Assembly: GCA_029055435.1 (NCBI GenBank) | Contig: JAIDDH010000091.1 | Span: 10,024-74,023, forward strand | Reading direction: 5' to 3' | Length of the DNA stretch: 64,000 nt | Source of the DNA: Acetatifactor sp. | GTDB lineage: Bacteria > Bacillota > Clostridia > Lachnospirales > Lachnospiraceae | Shown: piece by piece, positions 8,495 to 17,158 of the stretch | Numbering within the stretch: the first letter of the stretch is position 1 | Layout of the letters: every line of letters begins with the position of its first letter | The notes under the pieces: model-generated | Seen by the model: only the letters and a program-made list of their open reading frames with translations | The model's database searches: none | What the model was told of the DNA's origin: nothing | Made by a program: the position numbers and the translations under genes

Positions 8495-9703
8495 TTAACA
8501 GGGAAAAACAGCGACTGCCTTTCCGCCTCCGCCGTTCTCATTCCCCAGCAGAAGCCGTCCGCCCAGCTTTTCACAATAGACGCGGCAGATATACAGACCC
8601 ATTCCGAAATGGGTCAGATCATCCTGCGGGTTGGCATGATAATAGGCCTTTGTCAGTATTTCTGCGCTTTCCGCAAAGCCCGGCCCGTCGTCCGCTACCT
8701 CCACATACAGTTCTCCGTCCCGCACGGAGAGCCGGACGCTCACCTTACTCTCGGCATAGCGCAGCGCGTTAGTCAGGAGATTTTCCAATACCTCCGTGAC
8801 CATTCCCACATCAATCCGCAGCAGTACATCCGCGGCTGCAGAGCCTTCTTCCGTACACAGTTCACATTCCCGACCTGCCGCCAGCACTTCCAGATTTTTC
8901 CGATACTGTTGTGCCAACTCGGAGAGCCGGATTTCCCGGAGCTGTATTTTTCTCTCCTCCAGAGCTGAGAGTTGATTCATGGAGCCGAGAAAATCCTCCA
9001 TTCGCCCAATCTGTACCATACCTTCCTTCAGCATATCGGTCATGGCATCCGCTGTCTCTGCGTCGGTCTGCCGGTCCGGGACAAGCTCCAGCAGCATTTC
9101 CTGATATCCTTTCAAAATTGTCAGAGGAGAACGGATATCGTGGGCAATGGATGCGCGCAGAGCCCGTTCCTGCTCCAGCGTCTTCCACATCCGGCTGTTG
9201 TTTTCCGCAAGCTGCCTGCGCATGACTTCAAATTGAGCGCAGACTTCACCCAATTCATCCCGGTTGGCATAATTTATGGTAAAATCCAGATTCTGACTGC
9301 CGATGGCGGCTGTCGCCCGGGTGAGCTCCGCCAGAGGAGCCGCCAACTTATTCTTATAAAAGAAAAATACCGCCACAATAATTCCCCCACACGCAAACAC
9401 TAACAAACTGTAAGTCTGCAGAAAATCACACACCTCAGAGAGCAGCCTGTCCGAGTCGCTCATCTCCATATTGACAGGGCGCGTAATAGAAGGTACATTT
9501 GGAGCTGCCTCTGAACCGCCACTGTTTTGGTATTCCTCTATCTGCTGCCAATACTCCTCCCCCATATACTTTTCCCAAATCTGCTCCTGCGTCCGCTGCG
9601 CTGTCCGCTCGATAAAATACGTCGGTATAAAACTCAACACCACCGCTACAAGCATATACAATACAATACTTTTCCTGACAGAAAGATTCCGTATCCTGTT
9701 CAT
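8495..9703 (-). CDS. Sensor histidine kinase (HisKA + HATPase_c)
   Basis: Two N-terminal TM segments, H-box SIAHDIRSPLT, N-box LLTNALRYA, G-boxes DDGPGF and GMGLYI. Confidence 0.85.
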   Translation of the reverse strand: MNRIRNLSVRKSIVLYMLVAVVLSFIPTYFIERTAQRTQEQIWEKYMGEEYWQQIEEYQNSGGSEAAPNVPSITRPVNMEMSDSDRLLSEVCDFLQTYSLLVFACGGIIVAVFFFYKNKLAAPLAELTRATAAIGSQNLDFTINYANRDELGEVCAQFEVMRRQLAENNSRMWKTLEQERALRASIAHDIRSPLTILKGYQEMLLELVPDRQTDAETADAMTDMLKEGMVQIGRMEDFLGSMNQLSALEERKIQLREIRLSELAQQYRKNLEVLAAGRECELCTEEGSAAADVLLRIDVGMVTEVLENLLTNALRYAESKVSVRLSVRDGELYVEVADDGPGFAESAEILTKAYYHANPQDDLTHFGMGLYICRVYCEKLGGRLLLGNENGGGGKAVAVFPC

Positions 9704-9773
9704 AAATCACCTATATTCCGTAGCATTGCCGCAATCAACCACCTTGCCGCCTATTATTGCCAATGATGTATTG

Positions 9774-9907
9774 CCGCAGCTTAAGTTTTGCTGGAGAGCA
9801 GCGCGGGCAGGGCATAGCTCTTATGAAGACCCTTGGGAGCGAGAGCGGGTCTGAATAAGAGCTATGCCCCTGTCCGTGCGGCCCTCCCCAGAGCCCTCAA
9901 GCTGCGA
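9774..9907. repeat. Palindromic intergenic repeat, copy C (short form, opposite orientation, core 9804..9876)
   Basis: CGGGCAGGGCATAGCTCTTATGAAGACCC...GGGTCTGAATAAGAGCTATGCCCCTGTCCG has the same arm sequence as copies A and B, but the central module is replaced by about 14 nt. The outer flanks CGCAGCTTAAG / CTCAAGCTGCG also pair. Confidence 0.65.
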
Positions 9908-9917
9908 CAAAACATCT

Positions 9918-10592
9918 CTACTTCCTCCACTGGTACCCCATCCCCCAGACGGTCTGGATGTATTCCGTCTGTGTGCAGGCGGCCAGTTTATTCCGAATCC
10001 GTCTCACCAGCTCCGTGATTCCCCGGCTGTCGCCCTCGGCATCATAACCGCACACCCGCTCATAAATTCGCTCTCTGTCAAACACCTGTCCCGGGTGCAT
10101 GGACAGGAATTCGATGATTTCGTATTCTGTTCTGGTGAAGTCCAGCACGGTATCGCCGAGTGATACTGTCCGCGCGGAGTAGTCGATCATCAGGCCGTCG
10201 CTGAAGCGGTAGGAGACATCTGTCCGCCTTCGTTCCTCCCGTTTCAGATGTGCGATGATACGCGCCTCCAGCTCCTTCAGGCTGAAGGGTTTGACGATAT
10301 AATCGTCTCCGCCGGAGAGCAGACCGTTGACCCGGTCCTGTTCCTCCGCCTTGGCCGTCAGAAAGAGAATCGGACAGGATATTTTGTCCCGAATCTGCCT
10401 GCACAGCTCCAGACCGTCCATCCCCGGCATATTGATATCCAGCAGGATCATATCCGGCTGCTTTTGTATCATAGATATGGCTGTGATTCCGTTTTCCGCC
10501 GTCATGATCTCATAGTTTTTGCCCGAAAGATAGCGGCTCAGCATTTTGAGCAGTGCGGCGTCATCGTCCACCAATAATATTTTATACTGCAT
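9918..10592 (-). CDS. OmpR-family response regulator
   Basis: MQYKILLVDDD..., receiver Asp in ILLDINMPGMDG, and a C-terminal winged helix ending ...VWGMGYQWRK. Confidence 0.9.
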   Translation of the reverse strand: MQYKILLVDDDAALLKMLSRYLSGKNYEIMTAENGITAISMIQKQPDMILLDINMPGMDGLELCRQIRDKISCPILFLTAKAEEQDRVNGLLSGGDDYIVKPFSLKELEARIIAHLKREERRRTDVSYRFSDGLMIDYSARTVSLGDTVLDFTRTEYEIIEFLSMHPGQVFDRERIYERVCGYDAEGDSRGITELVRRIRNKLAACTQTEYIQTVWGMGYQWRK

Positions 10593-10692
10593 AAAATTTA
10601 TACAAAATTGCTCCTTGTAATTTCCTTATATTTTAACATGTTTTTGTAAGAGTGCAAATAGCAGCTTTTGAGGCGGTCGGATGGGCAGGAAA

Positions 10693-12327
10693 TTACAGGC
10701 GGATGACCCTGTCCGCCATGGCGATGGTAGATTCCCTGTGGGCAATCATAATGGTGGTGCAGTTTTGGCTGACACGGCGAATCGCCTCGTTTACCAGCTT
10801 CTCGGATTCGCTGTCAAGGGCGGAGGTGGCCTCGTCCAGGAGCAGGATGGGAGCGTTCATCAGGACGGCGCGGGCGATGGCGATGCGCTGTCTCTCTCCG
10901 CCGGAGAGGGTGTTGCCTCGCTCGCCCACGATGGTGTCATAGCCCTCCGGCAGTTTCATGATAAAGTCATGAGCGTTTGCGATTCGGGCGGCCTGTATGA
11001 TTTCTTCCCGGGAGACTTCCCCTGATTCAGCGTTTCCTTTTCCCCAGGCGATGTTTTCCGCGATGCTGAGCTGATACAGATAGGGCTCCTGAGGGACATA
11101 GGCGATGGGACCGTCCACGCGGATTGTCCCGGAGGCAGGGCGGTAGAAGCCAAGCAGCAGTTTTGCCAGCGTGCTCTTGCCGCAGCCGGATTCTCCGGTG
11201 ATGGCCACGCAGATTCCCTTTTGCACCTCCAGGGATACGTCTGTCAGAATCGGTCTTCCATTAGCACCATTAGCATAAGAAAAGGAGACATGCTCCACAG
11301 ACACGGCGGGAGCGGACAAATCCTTATCATGTACATAAGCAGGTTCCAAATCGGCCTCTTCCTGCAATAAAAATTCTCTTAACCTTTCCACATTGGCAAT
11401 ACAGTGCATCATCTGAGGGAAATATTTCCCAATATCCAAAAACTGATAGCGGAAGGAGCCGTATAAAGTATAGACCGCCGCCAGTCCGCCGAGACTTACC
11501 AGTCCGCGGGAGACAAACCAGACGCCAAGACCGAGAAAGGCCAGAGCGCCGGCCAAATCAAAGAAATTATTAAGCCCTTCTGTGACTGCTGTATAGAGAT
11601 TGCTTTTTTGTTGTACCTGAAACAGACGGCCGTTTGCCTGTCTGTAGTCTGCAAGCAGTTCTGCCTTGGCGGGCAGCAGCTTTACAATCTCCATTCCGGA
11701 CAGAAGATTGGTCAGCTTTTCGGTCAGAGCTCCGACGCTTTGAGACAGGGCTTTTCCGGCCCGCTTCATGGGACCGGCCAGAAGGCTGTTGGCTAGAAAG
11801 GCCAGCATGCTGAGCGCCAGCAGACAAAAAGTGAGATGCGCACTGTAATAGAGCATGGGAATCAAAAACGCTATGGAGGACAGTATGGCCGTGGCGAGTC
11901 TCCGCAGTCTGGAGGAATAAATATCCCCTACCCGTTCCGTGTCAAAGATCAGTTTCGACATGAAATCCCCGCTGTGATGCTCCTCATAATAGGCATAGGG
12001 CAGGCGAAGGACTTTGGAGAAAACCAGTTTTCCAAGAGAGGCAACGCCTTTTGCACCTTCGGTATTGTAGCGGGCGATGGAGAATTTCCAAAGCATCTGA
12101 CACAGGACGAACAGCATGAAGCTGCCCAGAACTGCCAGATGTACTCCGGAAATTTGTCCTGTCTGCGCCGCTGTGATAATCTGCTTGACAATCAATGCAT
12201 TGGCGATTCTGGTCCCGGATTGTGCGAGGGCGGAGATCACGATGGCGCCCAGATATAGAGGAAGCCTTTTGCCCAGAAGTCCCAGAATCCATCTGAGAGA
12301 GCCGGTTTTAGCGGTATTTATGTCCAT
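10693..12327 (-). CDS. ABC exporter, fused permease/ATPase (type IV MDR-like half transporter)
   Basis: 544 aa. N-terminal 6-TM domain, Walker A GESGCGKST, signature LSGGERQR, Walker B ILLLDEATSALD. Confidence 0.9.
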   Translation of the reverse strand: MDINTAKTGSLRWILGLLGKRLPLYLGAIVISALAQSGTRIANALIVKQIITAAQTGQISGVHLAVLGSFMLFVLCQMLWKFSIARYNTEGAKGVASLGKLVFSKVLRLPYAYYEEHHSGDFMSKLIFDTERVGDIYSSRLRRLATAILSSIAFLIPMLYYSAHLTFCLLALSMLAFLANSLLAGPMKRAGKALSQSVGALTEKLTNLLSGMEIVKLLPAKAELLADYRQANGRLFQVQQKSNLYTAVTEGLNNFFDLAGALAFLGLGVWFVSRGLVSLGGLAAVYTLYGSFRYQFLDIGKYFPQMMHCIANVERLREFLLQEEADLEPAYVHDKDLSAPAVSVEHVSFSYANGANGRPILTDVSLEVQKGICVAITGESGCGKSTLAKLLLGFYRPASGTIRVDGPIAYVPQEPYLYQLSIAENIAWGKGNAESGEVSREEIIQAARIANAHDFIMKLPEGYDTIVGERGNTLSGGERQRIAIARAVLMNAPILLLDEATSALDSESEKLVNEAIRRVSQNCTTIMIAHRESTIAMADRVIRL

Positions 12328-12375
12328 CTCAATACTCCTTTCGGCGGTGTGATTTATGTTTTGATGTATATGAGG

Positions 12376-14160
12376 TCAGGCCTGCTCCGCCATACATTTC
12401 TGCAGTCTTGCATATGCGCCCTGAAGGCGGCTCAGTTCCTCATGAGTGCCCTGTTCGGCAATCTGTCCATGTTCTATCACATAGATGCAGTCTGCATTCT
12501 GAATGGTGGAGAGGCGGTGTGCCACCGTGATGATGGTTTTGCCTGAGGCGGTCCGTTCCAGAGCCTCCGTGAGCAATCTTTCATTCTCGTTATCAACAGA
12601 GGCGGTGGGCTCATCAAGAAGCAGAATGGGAGCGTCTTTCAGAATGGCTCTGGCGATGGCGAGTCTCTGTTTTTCACCGCCGGAGAGCCGCGCGCCCCTC
12701 TCGCCGATAATTGTGTCATACTGCTCCGGCAGCCGCATGATCATATCATGGATATTGGCGTCTTTACAGGCATCTATCACTTCCTGACGGGTTGCGCCCT
12801 CTCTGCCGTAAGCCACGTTCTGCCAGACGCTCACGGGAAAGAGCACTGTATTCTGGGATACATAGGAAAAGCATTTTCTGGCGGCCTCGAGATCCCATTC
12901 CTCAAAAGGTTTTCCGAACAGCAGATATTCTCCCTGATGTTTTTGATAAAGTCCGCACAAGAGCTTCAGGACGGTGCTCTTGCCCTCCCCGGAGCCGCCG
13001 GCAAAGGCCACATGCATACCTTGGCCTATAGAGAGTGAGATGTCTCTCAGCACAGGCTTGTCCGGCTCGTCCTTTTTTTGTTCGGTGTCTGCTTCACCAT
13101 CTCCATATGAAAAACAGATTCCCTGTAGGCATATGGCAGGCTCTGTGTTCTGCCCATGAAGCGCCTCCTGCGGCAGTTCAAAGGAGCCGCCGCTTTTCTC
13201 AGGAGCCCGGTCTAAAATATCCTGCAGGCGTTCCATGGAGACGCCCGCTTCCCGGATTTCATTCAGTGCGAAGATAATGTCGCCCACAGGATAGATGATT
13301 CTGCCCAGCATTACTGTAAAGCCCAGCAGTTCTCCTGTGCTGACACGGCCCTGTGAAAACTCATAGAGGGCAAATAGATAGCAGATTACCAGTGGAATCT
13401 GAGTGAGGATACTTTTCAGTGACCAGGCTAGTGAGGATATCTTGGTGGATGCCGCCTTGTTCGCCGCGATTTCATCCAGAACGGCATCCATTTTCTGTTT
13501 TTGGCGGTGATAAAGTCCAAAGCTCCGCCCCACTTCAATGCCCTGTATCATATCATAGGCCCAGGTGGTGCGCCGATCCATCTGGGAGCGCTGGACTTTG
13601 ACGATGGCCGTCAGCTTTTTGGACAGCCTGTCCGACACCAGCAGCATGACAGGATAGCTCGCAAACAGAACCACAATCAAAAACACATCCATATCGGCCA
13701 GATACGCCGTGACCAGAATTACCGTGATGCAGTCCATCAGCAGAATGGGCAGAGTCTCGGAAAAAAATCGCCCCATGGCGTCCATATCCGAAATCAGCCG
13801 GGACATGATACTGCCGGAGCCGTGTCCGTCAAAATAAGCGTAGGGAAGAGAGAGAAGTTTTGCTCCCAGTCTGTCTCTGATGGAGCGCTGCACCTTTGCG
13901 CTGTAGGTGCTGCCGCATGCGGATTGCAGACAGGCGGATACCGCTCCTCCCAGAGCCAATATGCATAATGGAATAAGGAATTCCTCAAAAGTTATGTTTT
14001 CTCCCGCCAGCACGGCGTCTGCGGCCAGAGTGATATAGGAGTTTCCGCGAATCAGTGCGGCATTCACTAGAAAGGCGCAGATCAGATAGACCAGCAGCCA
14101 TGGACTGTGCCGGAGAGCATCGCTCCACAGGGCAGATTTTTTTGTTTTGTGGGTTACCAT
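12376..14160 (-). CDS. ABC exporter, fused permease/ATPase (partner half transporter)
   Basis: Walker A GGSGEGKST, LSGGEKQR, ILLLDEPTASVD. Start at ATG 14160 (MVTHKTKK..), with GGAG 8 nt upstream. Only 3 nt separate it from the stop of the upstream gene. Confidence 0.9.
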   Translation of the reverse strand: MVTHKTKKSALWSDALRHSPWLLVYLICAFLVNAALIRGNSYITLAADAVLAGENITFEEFLIPLCILALGGAVSACLQSACGSTYSAKVQRSIRDRLGAKLLSLPYAYFDGHGSGSIMSRLISDMDAMGRFFSETLPILLMDCITVILVTAYLADMDVFLIVVLFASYPVMLLVSDRLSKKLTAIVKVQRSQMDRRTTWAYDMIQGIEVGRSFGLYHRQKQKMDAVLDEIAANKAASTKISSLAWSLKSILTQIPLVICYLFALYEFSQGRVSTGELLGFTVMLGRIIYPVGDIIFALNEIREAGVSMERLQDILDRAPEKSGGSFELPQEALHGQNTEPAICLQGICFSYGDGEADTEQKKDEPDKPVLRDISLSIGQGMHVAFAGGSGEGKSTVLKLLCGLYQKHQGEYLLFGKPFEEWDLEAARKCFSYVSQNTVLFPVSVWQNVAYGREGATRQEVIDACKDANIHDMIMRLPEQYDTIIGERGARLSGGEKQRLAIARAILKDAPILLLDEPTASVDNENERLLTEALERTASGKTIITVAHRLSTIQNADCIYVIEHGQIAEQGTHEELSRLQGAYARLQKCMAEQA

Positions 14161-15416
14161 GCAAATTCTCCTTTCTCCCGAATACATTCTTCGCTCGGCT
14201 GTGTTTTGCGCTGTATCTCGCCCAGATAGACGCAGGGGTGATATTGTTCGATGAGTTTCATGGCCAGTCCGGTCTCTCCCGCGGGCACCACTGCAAACAT
14301 ACCGATGCCCATGTGAAAGCGGAGGGGTATAAGCTGTCTGGAAATCATATCCTGGGCGGCGATAAATTGGAAGAGCGGCAGCATGGGTACCCGAGAACGG
14401 TCAAGACAAAAGCACAGGTCCTCCGGCAGCCAGCCTGTAAAACGATATGGATTATTCAGTGCATTGGTGAGCGGGTATGCCCCGTGCAGTAGGCCGGCCT
14501 CTCTGAGCGCATGAAGCGCTTTATAATACGCAGCGGTAGGTTTTATCAGTTCATCGGGGAAATAGTGTTCTTCGTCGATTTTGGCATAGCGCAGTCTGGG
14601 ATTCCGTTCCAGCATGACATGCACAAAAGGATAGGAGATTCCGTGGATGCCATCCGTGTGAATACCGATTACCGCATCGCCCTCCCGGATATCATTCCTG
14701 GTCATAAGTTCTTCCTGCCGCGCCACACCGGAGCAGAATCCATACAGTTCATACTCATGGGAGCGGAAATTGATAGGCTGACAGCCGACCTCCAGACCTG
14801 CAAATGCTGTGTCCTGACCTTCGCAGCAGTTTTTGAAGGCCTTTCCCATTCGCATGAGCAGTTCGCCGTCCATATTGCCGCAGATGATGCCCGCTTTAAA
14901 AAACAGAGGCTTTCCTCCGCATGCAGCGATGGCATTGATGGCGTTGGCCGCCATATCCGCGCAGATTTCCGCCTCACACCCGTGATCCTTTGCCAGCCGG
15001 AGCTTTGAGCCCGGAATCGAATGTATCAGGATATGCACAGGGTTTTGTTCCTGTGTCACATCTGTCTGGTACAGGACAGGTTTTGTATAGTAGTTGTCCA
15101 GAAAAAGAGGTGTGTCACTCACCAGTTCCTGCAGCCTGTCTTTTATTTCATAGAGCCGGTGCGTGTTAAAACCGGAATCCATATAACTGATGTCATGTTC
15201 TGTCAGATACCGACCGGTGAGCAGACTGTCCGTGGAGAGGCCCAAAGCCGTAGCCAAATCGTAGAGAAGCTCCACCGACGGAACGCTGGTGCCCAGTTCC
15301 CAGCGGGAGACTGCCTGATAGGACACATGCAGCATATCCGCGAGCTGCTTCTGCGTCAGTCCCATACGCTTTCTCTCCTGCACAATCATTTTTGCTAAAT
15401 TATCTCTGTCAAACAT
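14154..15416 (-). CDS. XRE-family HTH domain fused to an AIR-synthase-related (PurM-like, probably non-catalytic) domain
   Basis: Start at ATG 15416 with a GGAGG RBS. The N-terminus MFDRDNLAKMIVQERKRMGLTQKQLADMLHVSYQAVSRWELG is an HTH_3 domain. The remainder aligns by eye with the genuine PurM of this window (..AACGGKPLFF.., ..GDAVIGIHTDGIHGISY..), but the conserved Asp-containing motifs are substituted. Confidence 0.75.
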   Translation of the reverse strand: MFDRDNLAKMIVQERKRMGLTQKQLADMLHVSYQAVSRWELGTSVPSVELLYDLATALGLSTDSLLTGRYLTEHDISYMDSGFNTHRLYEIKDRLQELVSDTPLFLDNYYTKPVLYQTDVTQEQNPVHILIHSIPGSKLRLAKDHGCEAEICADMAANAINAIAACGGKPLFFKAGIICGNMDGELLMRMGKAFKNCCEGQDTAFAGLEVGCQPINFRSHEYELYGFCSGVARQEELMTRNDIREGDAVIGIHTDGIHGISYPFVHVMLERNPRLRYAKIDEEHYFPDELIKPTAAYYKALHALREAGLLHGAYPLTNALNNPYRFTGWLPEDLCFCLDRSRVPMLPLFQFIAAQDMISRQLIPLRFHMGIGMFAVVPAGETGLAMKLIEQYHPCVYLGEIQRKTQPSEECIREKGEFAW

Positions 15417-15447
15417 AAGTATTCTTCCTCCGTTTTCAGGGTAGCAT

Positions 15448-15477
15448 AAAAGAATTATTGCCACAATCAATTCTTTT
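15448..15477. promoter_or_regulatory. 9-bp perfect inverted repeat in the promoter region of the HTH-PurM-like operon (candidate operator)
   Basis: AAAAGAATT-N12-AATTCTTTT lies 32-61 nt upstream of the start codon and overlaps a TTGATT-N17-ATGCTA promoter-like sequence on the minus strand. Confidence 0.25.
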
Positions 15478-15509
15478 GATGAGATTTCGGGACCGCTCAA
15501 CTGCCAGTT

Positions 15510-15692
15510 GAGTCGGCGTTTTCCATATTTCCGCCCGGGCAGGGGATAGTTGGTATTCAGACACGCTTCCGCTCCGAGAAAAACGTAGCAGACGCTAAGC
15601 TCGATAGGACATCTCGCTAAGCGCTGACGTTTTTCAAGGGTCTTCATACTAACTATCCCCTGCTCGGGCTGGTATATGGAAAAGTCGAAGTT
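15510..15692. repeat. Palindromic intergenic repeat, copy B (core 15534..15669)
   Basis: CCCGGGCAGGGGATAGTTGGTATTCAGACACGCTTCC...GCTAAGCGCTGACGTTTTTCAAGGGTCTTCATACTAACTATCCCCTGCTCGGGC is near-identical to copy A, apart from a roughly 17-nt indel and point differences. Confidence 0.75.
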
Positions 15693-15715
15693 ACAGCCAT
15701 TTTCATAAAATTTTT

Positions 15716-15870
15716 GTTGAAAGGGCATTATGCTCATGTTAAAATAATTAATAAGGGAATGAAGTTCTCCCTTGGGAAACCTAAACCGCATTTTATGCTG
15801 ATGACTTCTGCGAAATTTGCGCAGAAATTATCAGCTTTTTTAATTTCTGCAATCAATAGGAGGAATTTAT
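15716..15870 (+). promoter_or_regulatory. Promoter (TTGAAA-N17-TAAAAT) and roughly 118-nt structured leader of the cation antiporter gene
   Basis: -35 at 15717-15722 and -10 at 15740-15745. The leader contains hairpin AAGGGA..TCCCTT and two mutually exclusive hairpins: 15806-15826 (TTCTGCG/CGCAGAA) and 15821-15850 (GCAGAAATTA/TAATTTCTGC). Confidence 0.35.
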
Positions 15871-17043
15871 ATGTTGACAAGTGTTGCACTAATTCTTTTA
15901 TTGGGATTGCTTTTAGGAAGTATATTTTCAAAAATGAGGCTGCCAAGTCTGTTAGGAATGATTATTGTCGGAATTATTTTAAGCCCTCATGCGCTTAATC
16001 TCATTGACAAATCAATTTTAAGCATTTCAGCAGATTTACGGCAGATTGCATTGGTAATTATTCTGACAAGAGCAGGTTTATCATTAAATGTTGCTGATTT
16101 GAAGAAATCCGGCAGACCGGCAATCCTTATGTGCTTCGTTCCTGCGTGCACAGAAATTGTAGGGACAATTATCTTAGCGCCGATATTATTAGGCATAACT
16201 GTACTGGAAGCCGCAATTATTGGAAGTGTAATCGCGGCGGTATCTCCCGCTGTTATAGTGCCGAGAATGATTAAACTGATTGATGAGGGATATGGTAAAA
16301 AACATAGTATTCCGCAGTTGCTATTGGCAGGTGCGTCAGTGGACGATGTTTTTGTGATTGTTGTATTTACTGCATTAATTTCTTTGGCTTCAACAGGTAC
16401 TATAGCTGTTATCAATTTTTTACAGATACCAGTTTCCATTCTAATGGGAATTGGCATAGGAGCGGCTATGGGAAGTGTATTGGTAATATTTTTCCAAAAA
16501 TATCATATGCGGGACTCTGTTAAAATTCTGATAATACTCAGCTTTTCGTTTTTACTTCTTGAATTGCAAAACCGTTTAGAAAGGATTATACCGATTTCCG
16601 GACTTTTAGCTATTATGAGTCTGGGAATTGTAATAAAACAGAAGTATTCTGTATTAGCCAAACGGTTATCAAGTAAATACAACAAATTATGGGTAGCGGC
16701 AGAAGTATTTCTTTTTGTGCTTGTAGGGGCAACCGTTGATTTGAAATATGCTGTGACCGCAGGTATATTTGCTGTTTTATTGGTGATAGGCGCTTTGGTT
16801 TTCAGAATGGTTGGCGTGGCATTGTCTTTGATAAAAACTGAACTTACAAGACAGGAAAAACTATTCTGTATGTTGGCATACACGCCTAAAGCCACCGTAC
16901 AGGCAGCTATTGGTGCGATACCTTTTACAATGGGATTGGCTTGTGGACAGACTGTATTGACAGTGGCGGTGCTGGCAATTCTCATTACTGCACCATTTGG
17001 TGCAATTTGCATCGATAACCTATATAAAAAGCTTTTAAGCTGA
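15871..17043 (+). CDS. Cation:proton antiporter (CPA family, Na+/H+ exchanger-like)
   Basis: 390 aa with about 11-12 TM segments. MLTSVALILLLGLLLGSIFSKMRLPSLLGMIIVGIILSP... is typical of the Na_H_Exchanger family. The gene is visibly AT-rich compared with its neighbours. Confidence 0.8.
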   Translation: MLTSVALILLLGLLLGSIFSKMRLPSLLGMIIVGIILSPHALNLIDKSILSISADLRQIALVIILTRAGLSLNVADLKKSGRPAILMCFVPACTEIVGTIILAPILLGITVLEAAIIGSVIAAVSPAVIVPRMIKLIDEGYGKKHSIPQLLLAGASVDDVFVIVVFTALISLASTGTIAVINFLQIPVSILMGIGIGAAMGSVLVIFFQKYHMRDSVKILIILSFSFLLLELQNRLERIIPISGLLAIMSLGIVIKQKYSVLAKRLSSKYNKLWVAAEVFLFVLVGATVDLKYAVTAGIFAVLLVIGALVFRMVGVALSLIKTELTRQEKLFCMLAYTPKATVQAAIGAIPFTMGLACGQTVLTVAVLAILITAPFGAICIDNLYKKLLS

Positions 17044-17158
17044 ATGTTACCTCCATGAAAAACTTGTAAATTGTCTGTGCGTGTGCTACCTTTATTATGT
17101 ATGTCCAGCATCGCTCGGATGTCCCGGAGGCGGGACAGGGCGGTTGATTTGATGAAAA

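Noticed and set aside
15417-15791. N-terminal 125 codons of track ORF 14154..15791
   Set aside because: This extension runs through palindromic repeat copy B and has no RBS. ATG 15416 has a GGAGG RBS and starts exactly at the HTH domain.
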